Made by a program: the position numbers and the translations under genes. A stretch of DNA of 63,319 nucleotides, the filler included. It is 10 parts of 10 records of this genome, joined end to end, with 100 filler letters (N's around TTAATTAATTAA, not from the genome) between each part and the next. Parts side by side here need not be neighbours in the genome. Positions count along the whole stretch, not along the records: positions 7,466 to 12,600 come from SRR20825010_1091; positions 12,701 to 28,715 come from SRR20825010_1107; 8 more parts are not named here. One strand, written 5' to 3'. The notes below the pieces were generated by a model, which was not told the DNA's origin, did not search any database, and worked only from the letters and a program-made list of their open reading frames with translations. Positions within the stretch are counted from its first letter, which is position 1; every line of letters starts with the position of its first letter. This document shows, piece after piece, positions 9,235 to 20,682 of the stretch.

Positions 9235-10389
9235 ATGAGTTCAGCAAAACCCCGCCGAAGCCCGTTCGCCCGCTTTATCCACGGCACGACGACGCCGCTC
9301 GCCTCCATCTTCGGGAGCGGGTTTCTGGTGATCGTGTCCCTGCTGGCGGATACGACAGGGCCCTTTTCCCTGTTCGCGATGGCGGCGATCTGCGCGGTCG
9401 CCTATGCGGTGGGCATGGTCATTCGCCACAATATCGCCAAGGCGGAACCGGCGCTTACTTCAGGCAGCGCGCCGCGCCTGCTCACCCTGTTCGAGCGGGT
9501 GTCCGATATCGCGCTGATCCCGGCCTATATTATTTCGGTGACGCTCTATTTACGGATATTGGGGTCCTACGGCCTCGGCTTTTTCGGGGTCAACACGGAA
9601 TATAACGAGCGGATGCTGACCACCGCGATCATTGCCTTTATCCTATTTATCGGGGTCGCCAAGGGCCTCAAGATGCTGGAGGGGCTGGAACGCTGGTCGC
9701 TGATCACGACCCTTGCCATCATCTTCCTGGTGATCGGCAGCTTCGCCTGGTATGACGCGGGCGTCATCGCCGCCGGGCCGGTCACCCTGCCCACGCTTCC
9801 TGATCATTCGGTCTGGGAAATTATAACGGTCCTCGCGGGCACCCTGATCGTCGTGCAGGGGTTCGAGACAACCCGCTATCTCGGCGATGAGTTCGACGCC
9901 GAAACCCGTATTGAGGCGAGCCGGAATTCGCAAGCCATTTCGACCGCCGTCTATATCCTGTTTGTCGCGGTCTCCCTGCCGCTGATGCATATTCTGGGCG
10001 GCGATGTCTCCGGTAATGCGCTGATCGCGCTCGCCAAGGAGGTCGCCTTCTGGCTCGCCCCGCCGCTCGTGCTCGCGGCCGTGTTCAGCCAGTTCAGCGC
10101 CGCAACGGCGGACGCCATCAGCGCATCGGGCAACCTGCTTGAGATAACGAAGCATCGCCTCTCGGCGCGGCTCACCTATGTGATTATCTGCAGCTTTGCG
10201 ATCCTGCTCACCTGGACGGCGGATACCTTCCAGATCCTCGCCCTCGCCTCGCGCGCCTTCGCCTTCTATTACTTCCTGCAATGCCTTGTCGGGCTGGAGG
10301 TTGCGGAGAAGACAAGCCACAGGGTCGCGCTCGCCCTGCTGGCGGCACTGCTTCTCTTTATCACGATTTTCGCAGTGCCCGTGGGTTAG
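9235..10389 (+). CDS. APC-superfamily permease
   Basis: ASIFGSGF and QGFE motifs, about 11 hydrophobic segments. Confidence 0.8.
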   Translation: MSSAKPRRSPFARFIHGTTTPLASIFGSGFLVIVSLLADTTGPFSLFAMAAICAVAYAVGMVIRHNIAKAEPALTSGSAPRLLTLFERVSDIALIPAYIISVTLYLRILGSYGLGFFGVNTEYNERMLTTAIIAFILFIGVAKGLKMLEGLERWSLITTLAIIFLVIGSFAWYDAGVIAAGPVTLPTLPDHSVWEIITVLAGTLIVVQGFETTRYLGDEFDAETRIEASRNSQAISTAVYILFVAVSLPLMHILGGDVSGNALIALAKEVAFWLAPPLVLAAVFSQFSAATADAISASGNLLEITKHRLSARLTYVIICSFAILLTWTADTFQILALASRAFAFYYFLQCLVGLEVAEKTSHRVALALLAALLLFITIFAVPVG

Positions 10390-11309
10390 GGATGGCCGTC
10401 CTTATGCGCGAGCAGAAGCGCATAGGCCGTGTCATGGATCGGGCTTTCTAGGCCGAGATTCTTGCTCTCCCGGCAGACCCAGCCGATAATGCTTTCCAGC
10501 TCCAGCGGCTTGCCCCGTTCCAGATCCTCCAGCATCGATGCCTTGGTTTTCGGGTTGGCGGTGGTCTTGACGAAATGCACCTGTTTCTCGGCGATGGTAT
10601 CGGGCACATCGGCGCCCTTGGCCCGGCCGAGCGCGCAGATTTCCTTCATCGCGCGGAAGAAAAGATCCTGCATCTCCTCCGTCCCGACCCAGCCGCCCAC
10701 GGGCAGCCGTGTCAGGCAGCCGATCAGGTGAAAGGGCGCGAGAACCACATATTTCGTCCAGATTTCCTTCATCGGTTCTTTCAGCGCGAACGCATCGGTG
10801 CCGTGTTTTTGAAGTGCCGCCGCCAGTTCATCATGAAGGGCCGTGTCGCGCGGATGGAGGGGGCCGAAAACCGTCCGGGTCAGGCTGCCCGTGCGCAGCA
10901 CCTGCCCAGGTGCCTCAACCACCGCCGGAATATAGGTGATGCCCGGTGAGAGCTGACCCTCCTCATATTTGGCGGCCAGCCGCTCAATCCCGTACAGGCC
11001 GTTCTGCAGGCTGATAATCTCGGTTTTCGGGCCGATCATGGGGCGCATATCCTCCGCCGCCTGATCTGTCGATTGCCCCTTCACCGTGAACAGCACCACA
11101 TCGCAGACCCCGAGTTCCGCCGGGCTATCCGAGACGCCTGCGAATTTCACCTTGAGGACGCCTTTTTCCGAGGTGAGGGTAAGCCCGTCAGTTAAGAGCG
11201 CGTCGCGGTTCTTCCCGCGCGCCAGTACCACAACCTCATATCCCGCCTCGACCAGCTGGGCTGCGAAATATCCGCCGATGGCGCCTGCGCCGACAATTCC
11301 GATTTTCAC
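10386..11309 (-). CDS. panE: ketopantoate reductase (2-dehydropantoate 2-reductase) family protein
   Basis: GAGAIG, LQNG, WTK, SMLEDLERGKPLELE. Confidence 0.85.
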   Translation of the reverse strand: MKIGIVGAGAIGGYFAAQLVEAGYEVVVLARGKNRDALLTDGLTLTSEKGVLKVKFAGVSDSPAELGVCDVVLFTVKGQSTDQAAEDMRPMIGPKTEIISLQNGLYGIERLAAKYEEGQLSPGITYIPAVVEAPGQVLRTGSLTRTVFGPLHPRDTALHDELAAALQKHGTDAFALKEPMKEIWTKYVVLAPFHLIGCLTRLPVGGWVGTEEMQDLFFRAMKEICALGRAKGADVPDTIAEKQVHFVKTTANPKTKASMLEDLERGKPLELESIIGWVCRESKNLGLESPIHDTAYALLLAHKDGHP

Positions 11310-11319
11310 TGTTTTTTCC

Positions 11320-11787
11320 TTATTTTTTAATTGCGTAACGTCGGGCGAGCCTGTCCGCCGGCCAGACTTCCTTCATATCATAATAGACCCGGAACGCCGG
11401 GACATCTTCGGGCAGGGTGACCCAGGGCAGCTTTGAGCGGGTGAAAATATGCACATCCGGCGGTAGTTGCGATGGATCATCCAGCGTGCCGACACGCAAA
11501 AATCGCATCCCGGCACGCCGTCCGTAGTCGCTCCACAGCGCCGTCTGGCAGCGCGCGCAATGATAAATATCATGCGGCCCGCCGCTGTTGGTGGGCACGG
11601 AAATGGCGACAAGCTCCCCGCCGAGATGGTCAATCCGGTCCGTCTCGGTCAGGGCATTAATGACAAAGGCGCTGCCCGAATGGGTCTGGCATTCGCGGCA
11701 ATGGCAGCAATGCACAAATAACGGCGGTATCTGCAGCCTGTAGCGAACATCGCCGCAAGCACATCCCCCCTCAATAATTTCGCTCAT
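11320..11787 (-). CDS. GFA (glutathione-dependent formaldehyde-activating) family protein
   Basis: GGCACG, CHCRECQ, CARC, PDVHIFTRSKLPW. Confidence 0.9.
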   Translation of the reverse strand: MSEIIEGGCACGDVRYRLQIPPLFVHCCHCRECQTHSGSAFVINALTETDRIDHLGGELVAISVPTNSGGPHDIYHCARCQTALWSDYGRRAGMRFLRVGTLDDPSQLPPDVHIFTRSKLPWVTLPEDVPAFRVYYDMKEVWPADRLARRYAIKK

Positions 11788-11844
11788 GATCATTTTCCTC
11801 TGCGTTACGGGAACGTTAGGAAAATTAGCCGCCCTCGGCAAGCC

Positions 11845-12588
11845 TCAATAAGGGGCGCCGTAATTAATTGGCCGAATGCCGATGGTCTCCCGGAACAAGA
11901 TCGAGAGGAATGAGATAAATACCGCCATGATAAAAGGCATGATCAGGAAGCTGGACAGCACAAAGAACACCATCCCCGCCAGATCCGGCTTGTTCATCAG
12001 GATCAGCAGCAGCATTGGCATATATATCAGGACATAGAGCCCGATCACCGCCACCAGACCCAGCAGCAACGTGCCGAGGAGCGGCAGGAACATATCGATA
12101 ATCGTCCGGGCAAAGTCTTTCAGCGCCAGCGGTTGATCAAGCGCGATGGCCGGAAAGATAAACATCAGCGGCATGAAACACAGGCAGAGCAGCGTGATAA
12201 ACAGCACGATCGACGCGCTGGAGGCATCTCCCCCGCTCACCACATAGACCCGCGCCAGCAGATAGGTGACAATCACATAGCCCAGCATCGACCCGGCGAA
12301 CTTGATCTCGCGCAAGCCGAAATGCAGGCCGAAAGACGGGTTGCGCCGCTCAAACTTGAACACGGTGAAGCGATGCCAGTAGACAGCGAAGATGGCATAG
12401 AAAATCTCATTCACGACCAGGCGAAAATATTCCGCCGCCGCCAGGATATTGGTTTCCAGCCAGGCGATCAGCCCTGTCATCATCACCACCGGCACCGCCC
12501 GGAACAGGCAGGGCCAGCGATGCCCGATCACAAAGCGAAAGGCTTCGAGCAGGCAGGATGTCGGCTTCACTGTATGCGTTATTTCCAT
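11845..12588 (-). CDS. hypothetical integral membrane protein
   Basis: 247 aa, about 6 hydrophobic segments, AVYWHR motif. Confidence 0.7.
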   Translation of the reverse strand: MEITHTVKPTSCLLEAFRFVIGHRWPCLFRAVPVVMMTGLIAWLETNILAAAEYFRLVVNEIFYAIFAVYWHRFTVFKFERRNPSFGLHFGLREIKFAGSMLGYVIVTYLLARVYVVSGGDASSASIVLFITLLCLCFMPLMFIFPAIALDQPLALKDFARTIIDMFLPLLGTLLLGLVAVIGLYVLIYMPMLLLILMNKPDLAGMVFFVLSSFLIMPFIMAVFISFLSILFRETIGIRPINYGAPY

Positions 12589-12700
12589 ATTGTGCAGACT
12601 NNNNNNNNNNNNNNNNNNNNNNNNNNNNNNNNNNNNNNNNNNNNTTAATTAATTAANNNNNNNNNNNNNNNNNNNNNNNNNNNNNNNNNNNNNNNNNNNN

Positions 12701-13177
12701 CAGGCAGTTGGTGGTGCAGGAGGCGTTGGAGATGATGTTGTGTTCGGCGGTCAGAACGTCGTCGTTGACCCCGTAGACAACCATCGCGTCGGCGTCAGAA
12801 GAGGGGGCTGAGATAATGACTTTGCGTGCGCCGGCCTTGAGGTGACCCTCTGCCTTGTCACGGGCGGTAAACAGGCCAGTGCACTCGAAGACCACATCCA
12901 CATGGTAGTCTTTCCACGGCAGTTCTTCGGGGTTACGGATGGCGGTGATGGCGATGCGGTCACCGTTGACGGAGAGTGATTCGGCATCGTGGTTCACAAT
13001 GCCGTTGAAGCGACCGTGCACGCTGTCGTATTTGAGTAGGTGAGCGTTGGTTTCCGCGTCTCCCAGATCGTTGATGGCAACCACCTGAAGCTCATTTCGG
13101 TAGTCGTTTTCATAAAGTGCGCGGAGAACATTGCGGCCAATGCGACCAAAGCCGTTAATTGCGATACGAATAGTCAT
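12701..13177 (-). CDS. gap: type I glyceraldehyde-3-phosphate dehydrogenase, 5' part (3' truncated)
   Basis: INGFGRIGR and active-site [10 protein letters not shown]. Confidence 0.95.
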
Positions 13178-13223
13178 GTTCTGGCTCCAGATTTGTTTGT
13201 TTATTGTTCGTTTCAGTTCCTGA

Positions 13224-13240
13224 TGTAGTAAATATAACAA
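13224..13240. promoter_or_regulatory. candidate HexR-type operator in the gap/edd divergent promoter
   Basis: TGTAGTAAATATAACAA resembles the TGT-N-ACA HexR box known at Pseudomonas gap/edd; by-eye match. Confidence 0.45.
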
Positions 13241-13345
13241 CAAATAATGGAAAAATGAATGACTGGCGGGTGAAAGTAGCAAAAAAAGAAAGTAAACTTA
13301 CGGGAATAAAAAAGTAATTAGATAACAAGTTTCAGGAGACCCACT

Positions 13346-15162
<1,817 letters not shown>

Positions 15163-15166
<4 letters not shown>

Positions 15167-16128
15167 CGAAAGACAACTACTCGCTGGTAGGAGACATCGG
15201 GGGTACCAACGCCAGGTTTGCTCTCGTTCGCTCCGGTGACGTTACCCCGGAGGCTGTTGAAGTCCTTGCCTGCGGGGACTACGACAATCTTGATGCTGCC
15301 ATCGTTGATTACCTTGCCCGCTGCGGCGTAGGGGAGGTGCAGGATGTCTGTCTTGCGGTAGCATCGCCAGTCCAGGGCACCCAGGTGCGGATGACCAACA
15401 ACCACTGGCGTTTCGACAGCGAGGAGGTTCGCAGGCGGTTTGGTTGGGGCGCGTTCAAGGTGATCAATGACTTTACTGCCATGGCCCTCGGGGTTCCCCA
15501 TGTCAGTGCCGATAAGCTGGTCCACGTTTGCGGCGGCCCGGGCAATGCGGCGCGCCCCCGGCTGGTTATCGGTCCGGGTACCGGCCTGGGAGTGTCGGGG
15601 TTGGTTCCGTTGCAGCATGGCTGGGTGCCGCTGATGACTGAGGGTGGTCACGTGGACTTTGCCCCGACAGACGACACCGAGATGGCTATCCTGCGGATTC
15701 TGAAGGCCCGGTTCGGTCGCGTTTCCGTCGAACGTATCCTGTGTGGTCAGGGTTTGCTGAACCTTTACCAGGCCCACGCAGAGATACAGGGCGTGGCCGC
15801 CCCCCTGGATGCGCCGGAGAAAATAACCGCCGCCGCGTTGGATCAGTCTGATCAGCTTGCCCGCCAGACTTTGCGGCACTTCTGCGAGATTCTTGGGCGC
15901 GTTGCCGGCAATGGGGTTCTGACTCTCGGCGGCACTGGGGGTGTTTACCTGTGCGGAGGCATTCTCCCCAGGTTCATCGATTTCTTCCTGGAAAGCCCGT
16001 TCCAGAAAGGTTTCGAAGACAAGGGGCGGATGCGTCCCCTGCTGGAATCAACGCCGGTTTACGTGGTGATGGATGGGTACACCGGTTTGTTGGGGGCTGC
16101 CGAAGCGCTGGCCAACCCGGAAGTGTAG
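15163..16128 (+). CDS. glk: glucokinase
   Basis: [24 protein letters not shown]. Confidence 0.96.
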
Positions 16129-16140
16129 TCCGGCGCTCAT

Positions 16141-16473
16141 TCACAGGTAGTGAATGAGCGTATCCCTCTCAAAGCGGTATTGGCGGTTATACACGCCCTT
16201 GTCTGAGCGTTTCCCCGCCGCCAGTACCATGGTCACCAGGCCCTTTCGCGGTAGCTTCAACAGCCGTCTTACCCGGCATTCGTCAAAGCCTTCCATGGGG
16301 CATGAATCGTAACCGTGGGCCCTCAGCGCCAGCATGGCCAGCTCAAGGCAATCATCCAGCACGTGTTCCGGCACTGGCTCGTCGGTAAATCGGCGTACTG
16401 AACGCCGGCTGCGAACAACCTCGCGAAACGCATTCAGGGTGGCGTTGGAGTCAACATCTGACTTGGCATTCAT
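16141..16473 (-). pseudogene. nitroreductase-family gene with in-frame internal deletion
   Basis: N-terminal RRSVRRF motif runs straight into C-terminal GYDSCPMEGFD; the APxxxNxQPW motif and central region are absent. Confidence 0.75.
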
Positions 16474-16595
16474 GGGCGGAGCAGTCCTTGTGCCGTTCTC
16501 GGAATCGTCGATTTGTGGCTAACGGGTTGAGGCTTTATGGTTACGTTAAGTGGCTGTGTATGCAATGGCCTATTCTTCTGGAGTGGTTGGCACAA

Positions 16596-17195
16596 ATGAC
16601 CAGTCTTTATTCCCGGATGCCGTTTGGTGAATTGGTGGCGAACGTTCGCCAGTGCCGGATCTGTGAAGCTCAGTTGCCCCTCGGGCCCCGGCCGGTGATC
16701 CAGATCTCGCAGTCAGCGCGTTTGCTGGTGGTGGGGCAGGCGCCCGGGCGCCGTGTTCACGATACCGGATTGCCGTTCAACGACCCCAGCGGCGACCGGC
16801 TGCGCAACTGGATGGGCATTGACCGGGACACTTTCTACGACGAACAGCAACTGGCGATCTTGCCCATGGGGTTCTGTTATCCCGGCACAGGAAAGAACGG
16901 TGACCTGCCACCACGGCCGGAGTGTGCGCCTGCCTGGCGGGACCTGCTACTGGAACGCCTGGAGCATGTGGAGCTGACGTTGGTGATTGGACAGTACGCT
17001 CATGCCTGGCACTTGCCAGGGGCGAAAACGTCGGTGACGGAGCGGGTGAGGCAATGGCGGGAGGTGTGGCCGACCATGTTGCCGTTGCCACACCCCAGCC
17101 CGAGAAACAACCTTTGGCTACGGCGCAATCCCTGGTTCGAGCAGGAGGTTATTCCCGAGCTGCGCCGCCGGGTAAAGGATATTCTGGACGACTGA
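16596..17195 (+). CDS. uracil-DNA glycosylase superfamily protein
   Basis: CRIC, GQAPG, GFCYPG, HPSPRN; start codon uncertain. Confidence 0.88.
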   Translation: MTSLYSRMPFGELVANVRQCRICEAQLPLGPRPVIQISQSARLLVVGQAPGRRVHDTGLPFNDPSGDRLRNWMGIDRDTFYDEQQLAILPMGFCYPGTGKNGDLPPRPECAPAWRDLLLERLEHVELTLVIGQYAHAWHLPGAKTSVTERVRQWREVWPTMLPLPHPSPRNNLWLRRNPWFEQEVIPELRRRVKDILDD

Positions 17196-17218
17196 GCTCC
17201 CAGGTGTCTGTTGTACAC

Positions 17219-18973
17219 CTATCGGGCTTCTTCCCAGCGCGCAAGAAGATCTTCGTAGCGAATGGTTTTCCCCGGTGGCTTTTCGTTCTTCAACTTCGGC
17301 TTCGGAGCTCCTGGTTGTGCGAGCCACCAGTCGCGACCTTTTGCATCGTCGTCTGATGCGATACGGGGTGGGCAGTTCTTGACCGTGTAGTTCCGTTCCA
17401 TCACCGCCATCGCCCTGTCCTGACTTTCGGCCAGTTTATCCATGGCCTGCTGTGCTGTGCGTTCTCCCGACATTGCATCGGCGATGTTCGGCCACCAGAG
17501 TTTGGCCAGTTTGGGATAGTCGGCGATATTAACACCGGTCGGTGTCCAGGCTTCACGGGCGGGGCTGCGGTAGAACTCCACCAGCCCGCCCAGTTCCGCG
17601 CTTCTGGCCTGCATTTCCGGGGAGTCCAGGTCCGATTCGCGAATTGGCGTCAGGCCCACGAGCGTTTTTTGAAGTGATACCGATTTTGAGACGGTGAACT
17701 GGGCGTAGAGCCAGGCCGCTTTCTGGCTGCGATCACTCATCACTCTGGGAATGGTCCAGGCGCCTACGTCCTGATAGCCGAGTTTCATGCCTTCCGACCA
17801 ATAGGCGCCGTAAGGAGAGGGTGCCATTCGCCATTTCGGCGTACCGTCGTCATTGACCACGGGTAGCCCGGGTTTGGTCATGTCGGACGTGAAGGCGGTA
17901 TACCAGAAAATCTGCTGGGCAATCTGGCCCTGAGCGGGAACGGGACCAGCCTCGGAAAAGTTCATCTCTGGCGCTTCCGGTGGCGCGTAGCTTCTGAGCC
18001 AATCTATGTACTTCTGCAAGGCATAAACAGCGGCCGGCCCGTTGGTGGCGCCGCCTCTCTCGACGGAGGAGCCAACAGGATGACATTCCTCCATCCGGAT
18101 TCCCCATTCATCCACTGGCAGGCCATTGGGCAGCCCGTGGTCGCCAGCGCCCGCCATGGATAGCCAGGCATCGGTGAAGCGCCATCCAAGTGACGGATCT
18201 CGTTTGCCATAGTCCATATGGCCGTACACGCGCTCGCCGTCGATCTCCTTCACATGGACGGTGAAGAACTCGGCAATATCCTCATAGGCGGACCAGTTCA
18301 ATGGCACGCCAAGCTCATAGCCATAGCGCTCCAGGAACTTTGCGCGTAACTCGGGGCGCTGGAACCAGTCGTAACGGAACCAGTAGAGGTTGGCGAATTG
18401 CTGGTCCGGCAGCTGGTAGATTTTTCCATCCGGGCCCGTCACGAAGCTCAGGCCAATAAAATCCTTCAGGTCCAGCGTGGGCAGCGTGTACTCGCGCCCC
18501 TTGCCTTCCATGTAGTCACTCAGTGCCAGTGCCCAGCCGGTGCGCGCGTGGGTGCCAATCAGGTCTGAGTCGTTGACGAAGGCGTCATACCGACCCTTGG
18601 CAGCCATGATCCTTTGCAGGTTGACCTGCCGGATGACCTCGCCTTCCGGTTTCAGGTCGTGAGTCACCTTTATGCCGGTAATGTCGGAAAACGCTTTCGC
18701 GAGTACTTCGGATTCGTAACGGTGCGTTGCCAGGTTCTCTGACAGAACCGAAATCTCAAGGCCTTCCAGCGGCTTGGCGGTGTGTGCAAACCAGGCAAGC
18801 TCTTCTGCCTGTTGCTCCGTAGATAGCGTGGACGCCTGAAAATTTTCTGAAATCCACTGATGGATGACCTGCTTGCGTGCTTCCGGCAACGCACTAAACG
18901 TATCTGAACCGTGACCGGCTGCGCTGAAGCACAGCAGACAGGTGGTCGCAGCGACAATTGGCCATTTCCTCAT
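17219..18973 (-). CDS. ABC transporter substrate-binding protein, glycerol-type (GlpV-like)
   Basis: signal peptide; YQLPDQQFANLYWFRYDWF and GWRFTDAWLSMAG; glp context. Confidence 0.85.
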   Translation of the reverse strand: MRKWPIVAATTCLLCFSAAGHGSDTFSALPEARKQVIHQWISENFQASTLSTEQQAEELAWFAHTAKPLEGLEISVLSENLATHRYESEVLAKAFSDITGIKVTHDLKPEGEVIRQVNLQRIMAAKGRYDAFVNDSDLIGTHARTGWALALSDYMEGKGREYTLPTLDLKDFIGLSFVTGPDGKIYQLPDQQFANLYWFRYDWFQRPELRAKFLERYGYELGVPLNWSAYEDIAEFFTVHVKEIDGERVYGHMDYGKRDPSLGWRFTDAWLSMAGAGDHGLPNGLPVDEWGIRMEECHPVGSSVERGGATNGPAAVYALQKYIDWLRSYAPPEAPEMNFSEAGPVPAQGQIAQQIFWYTAFTSDMTKPGLPVVNDDGTPKWRMAPSPYGAYWSEGMKLGYQDVGAWTIPRVMSDRSQKAAWLYAQFTVSKSVSLQKTLVGLTPIRESDLDSPEMQARSAELGGLVEFYRSPAREAWTPTGVNIADYPKLAKLWWPNIADAMSGERTAQQAMDKLAESQDRAMAVMERNYTVKNCPPRIASDDDAKGRDWWLAQPGAPKPKLKNEKPPGKTIRYEDLLARWEEAR

Positions 18974-19034
18974 GGAACACCTTTCTTGTTGTTAGTTACA
19001 CGTGTTTTGTTGGTTTTACTACATTATTGAGAGT

Positions 19035-19044
19035 AATGTTCGTT
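19035..19044 (+). promoter_or_regulatory. GlpR-like operator half-site AATGTTCGTT
   Basis: matches E. coli GlpR half-site WATGTTCGWT; near-copies at 19251-19260 (AATGTTCGAG) and 26908-26917 (minus strand, AATGTTCGCT). Confidence 0.5.
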
Positions 19045-19380
19045 TCATGGTTCGTCAACGAAAATTTATCAACATTTCTGTATCTGTAATTAAGTCAATA
19101 AAAACAGCAATATATGGATTGTTTCGTTGTTTTTTTCGCCATGCAAGGGCGTAAATTTCAGATAAAATATGTTCTAAAACTTTCCATTTTTTCTTTAGCG
19201 CGCTAGATTTGTTCTGTCTCGAAAACAGAAAGCGGCCAAAAACCGCAATAAATGTTCGAGATGACAGTGTCTGTTAGCAAGAGGTAGCCCATCAAGTTAT
19301 TGATATAAAGGTTATTTCAGGTTCCAACGAGAGGAAGTGCTGATAGGCCAGAAAATCTCAAACAATAATAGGAAGCTATC

Positions 19381-20499
19381 ATGATCGAAAACAAAAACTG
19401 CGCGAATGTTAAGTCTTTCAAATTGTCTGCGCTGGCGGCCGGGGTTGCGATGGTTGCCGGAGCGTTTGCTGCGCCGGCATATGCTGATACCACGTTCGAA
19501 TCCGACAGCGGTTGGAGAGCGGGATTCAATGGTCACATTCCGATCTTCGCGGTACTTGGCAACTACGACGATCCAACGGACGAAGACTCGTTTACCATCA
19601 CCACAGGCTTTAACCCGGCTACGCTGCAAACCAACATCTACGCTCCCACTCAGAATGGCCTGGAAGTATCGGGTCACTTCCAGATGAACGCAGACATAGC
19701 GCCTGGTGATGCCAATGCGAATTTCCGCAGCCGCGTGTCCGAGATCGCGGTTGCCGGTGATTTCGGTCAGGTCAACATTGGTAAGGGCTTCGGGATCTTT
19801 GGTGTTCCAGCTATCGGGGACAACGGCAGTGCCCTGGGTGTCGGCCTGATCGGCGGCCCGGATCAGGTGGCTGCAACGGCGGGACGTATTGGTAATGGTT
19901 ACTTCTACGCCAACTTCACGCCGCGTGTGATGTATACCTCGAATAGCCTGGGTGGTCTGCAATTCAAGGTGGGTGTATTCAGCCCCTCCAAGGTGGATGG
20001 CGTAGCTGATGCGGAATACAGCGCGCCCCGAATTGAGGGCAACGTGGTCTACACCGCGGATATGTTCTCGTTGTGGTCAAGTGCCTTTACTCAGGATGTA
20101 GACTCGAAGACCGGCACCTTTGACGACTACACCATGTCTGGTGTCGATTTTGGTGGTTCGGTGTCGCTCGGCAACCTGAATGTTCGTGGTAACTATTCCA
20201 TGACGTCCGGTACCGGGAACGGCGTATTTGCCGCTCGCCTGGATCCGAACGAGGAAGACGCCAGTCAGTGGTACGTTGAGACGACATACGGCTTCAACCG
20301 CACCACATTGGGTGTCAGCTACGGCGAGGGTGAAGACGACATCAACTCGAGCGCGAACGATACGGATCTGACCATGGTGTTTGCGCGTTACGCCGCTACG
20401 GACGCCCTGACCCTGATGGCCGAGTACACGACGCTGGGCACAGAGGGTGGTCAGGGTGAATACGATGCGTTCATTGTTGGCTCACAGCTGACGTTCTGA
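19381..20499 (+). CDS. outer-membrane porin
   Basis: signal peptide ending AYA-D, alternating beta-strand pattern, C-terminal Phe (SQLTF). Confidence 0.85.
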   Translation: MIENKNCANVKSFKLSALAAGVAMVAGAFAAPAYADTTFESDSGWRAGFNGHIPIFAVLGNYDDPTDEDSFTITTGFNPATLQTNIYAPTQNGLEVSGHFQMNADIAPGDANANFRSRVSEIAVAGDFGQVNIGKGFGIFGVPAIGDNGSALGVGLIGGPDQVAATAGRIGNGYFYANFTPRVMYTSNSLGGLQFKVGVFSPSKVDGVADAEYSAPRIEGNVVYTADMFSLWSSAFTQDVDSKTGTFDDYTMSGVDFGGSVSLGNLNVRGNYSMTSGTGNGVFAARLDPNEEDASQWYVETTYGFNRTTLGVSYGEGEDDINSSANDTDLTMVFARYAATDALTLMAEYTTLGTEGGQGEYDAFIVGSQLTF

Positions 20500-20552
20500 T
20501 AGAAGCGGAAGAGCCTTATACACCCTACTGACTGGACGAAGGATGGGGCAGG

Positions 20553-20585
20553 AAAAGCCGGGTGCCGTAAGGCATCCGGCTTTTT
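20553..20585 (+). terminator. intrinsic terminator after porin
   Basis: AAAAGCCGGGTGCC-GTAA-GGCATCCGGCTTTTT. Confidence 0.9.
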
Positions 20586-20628
20586 CGTATCCAGGGATAC
20601 CGGGGAGTGCTTGCCAGTAAAGGGGCAC

Positions 20629-20662
20629 AAAAAAGCTCCGGGCGGGGGAGGCCGGCCGGAGC
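20629..20662 (-). terminator. intrinsic terminator after glpD
   Basis: minus strand GCTCCGG...CCGGAGC followed by T6. Confidence 0.75.
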
Positions 20663-20682
20663 GAAATGCCTGAGAGAGTGAT

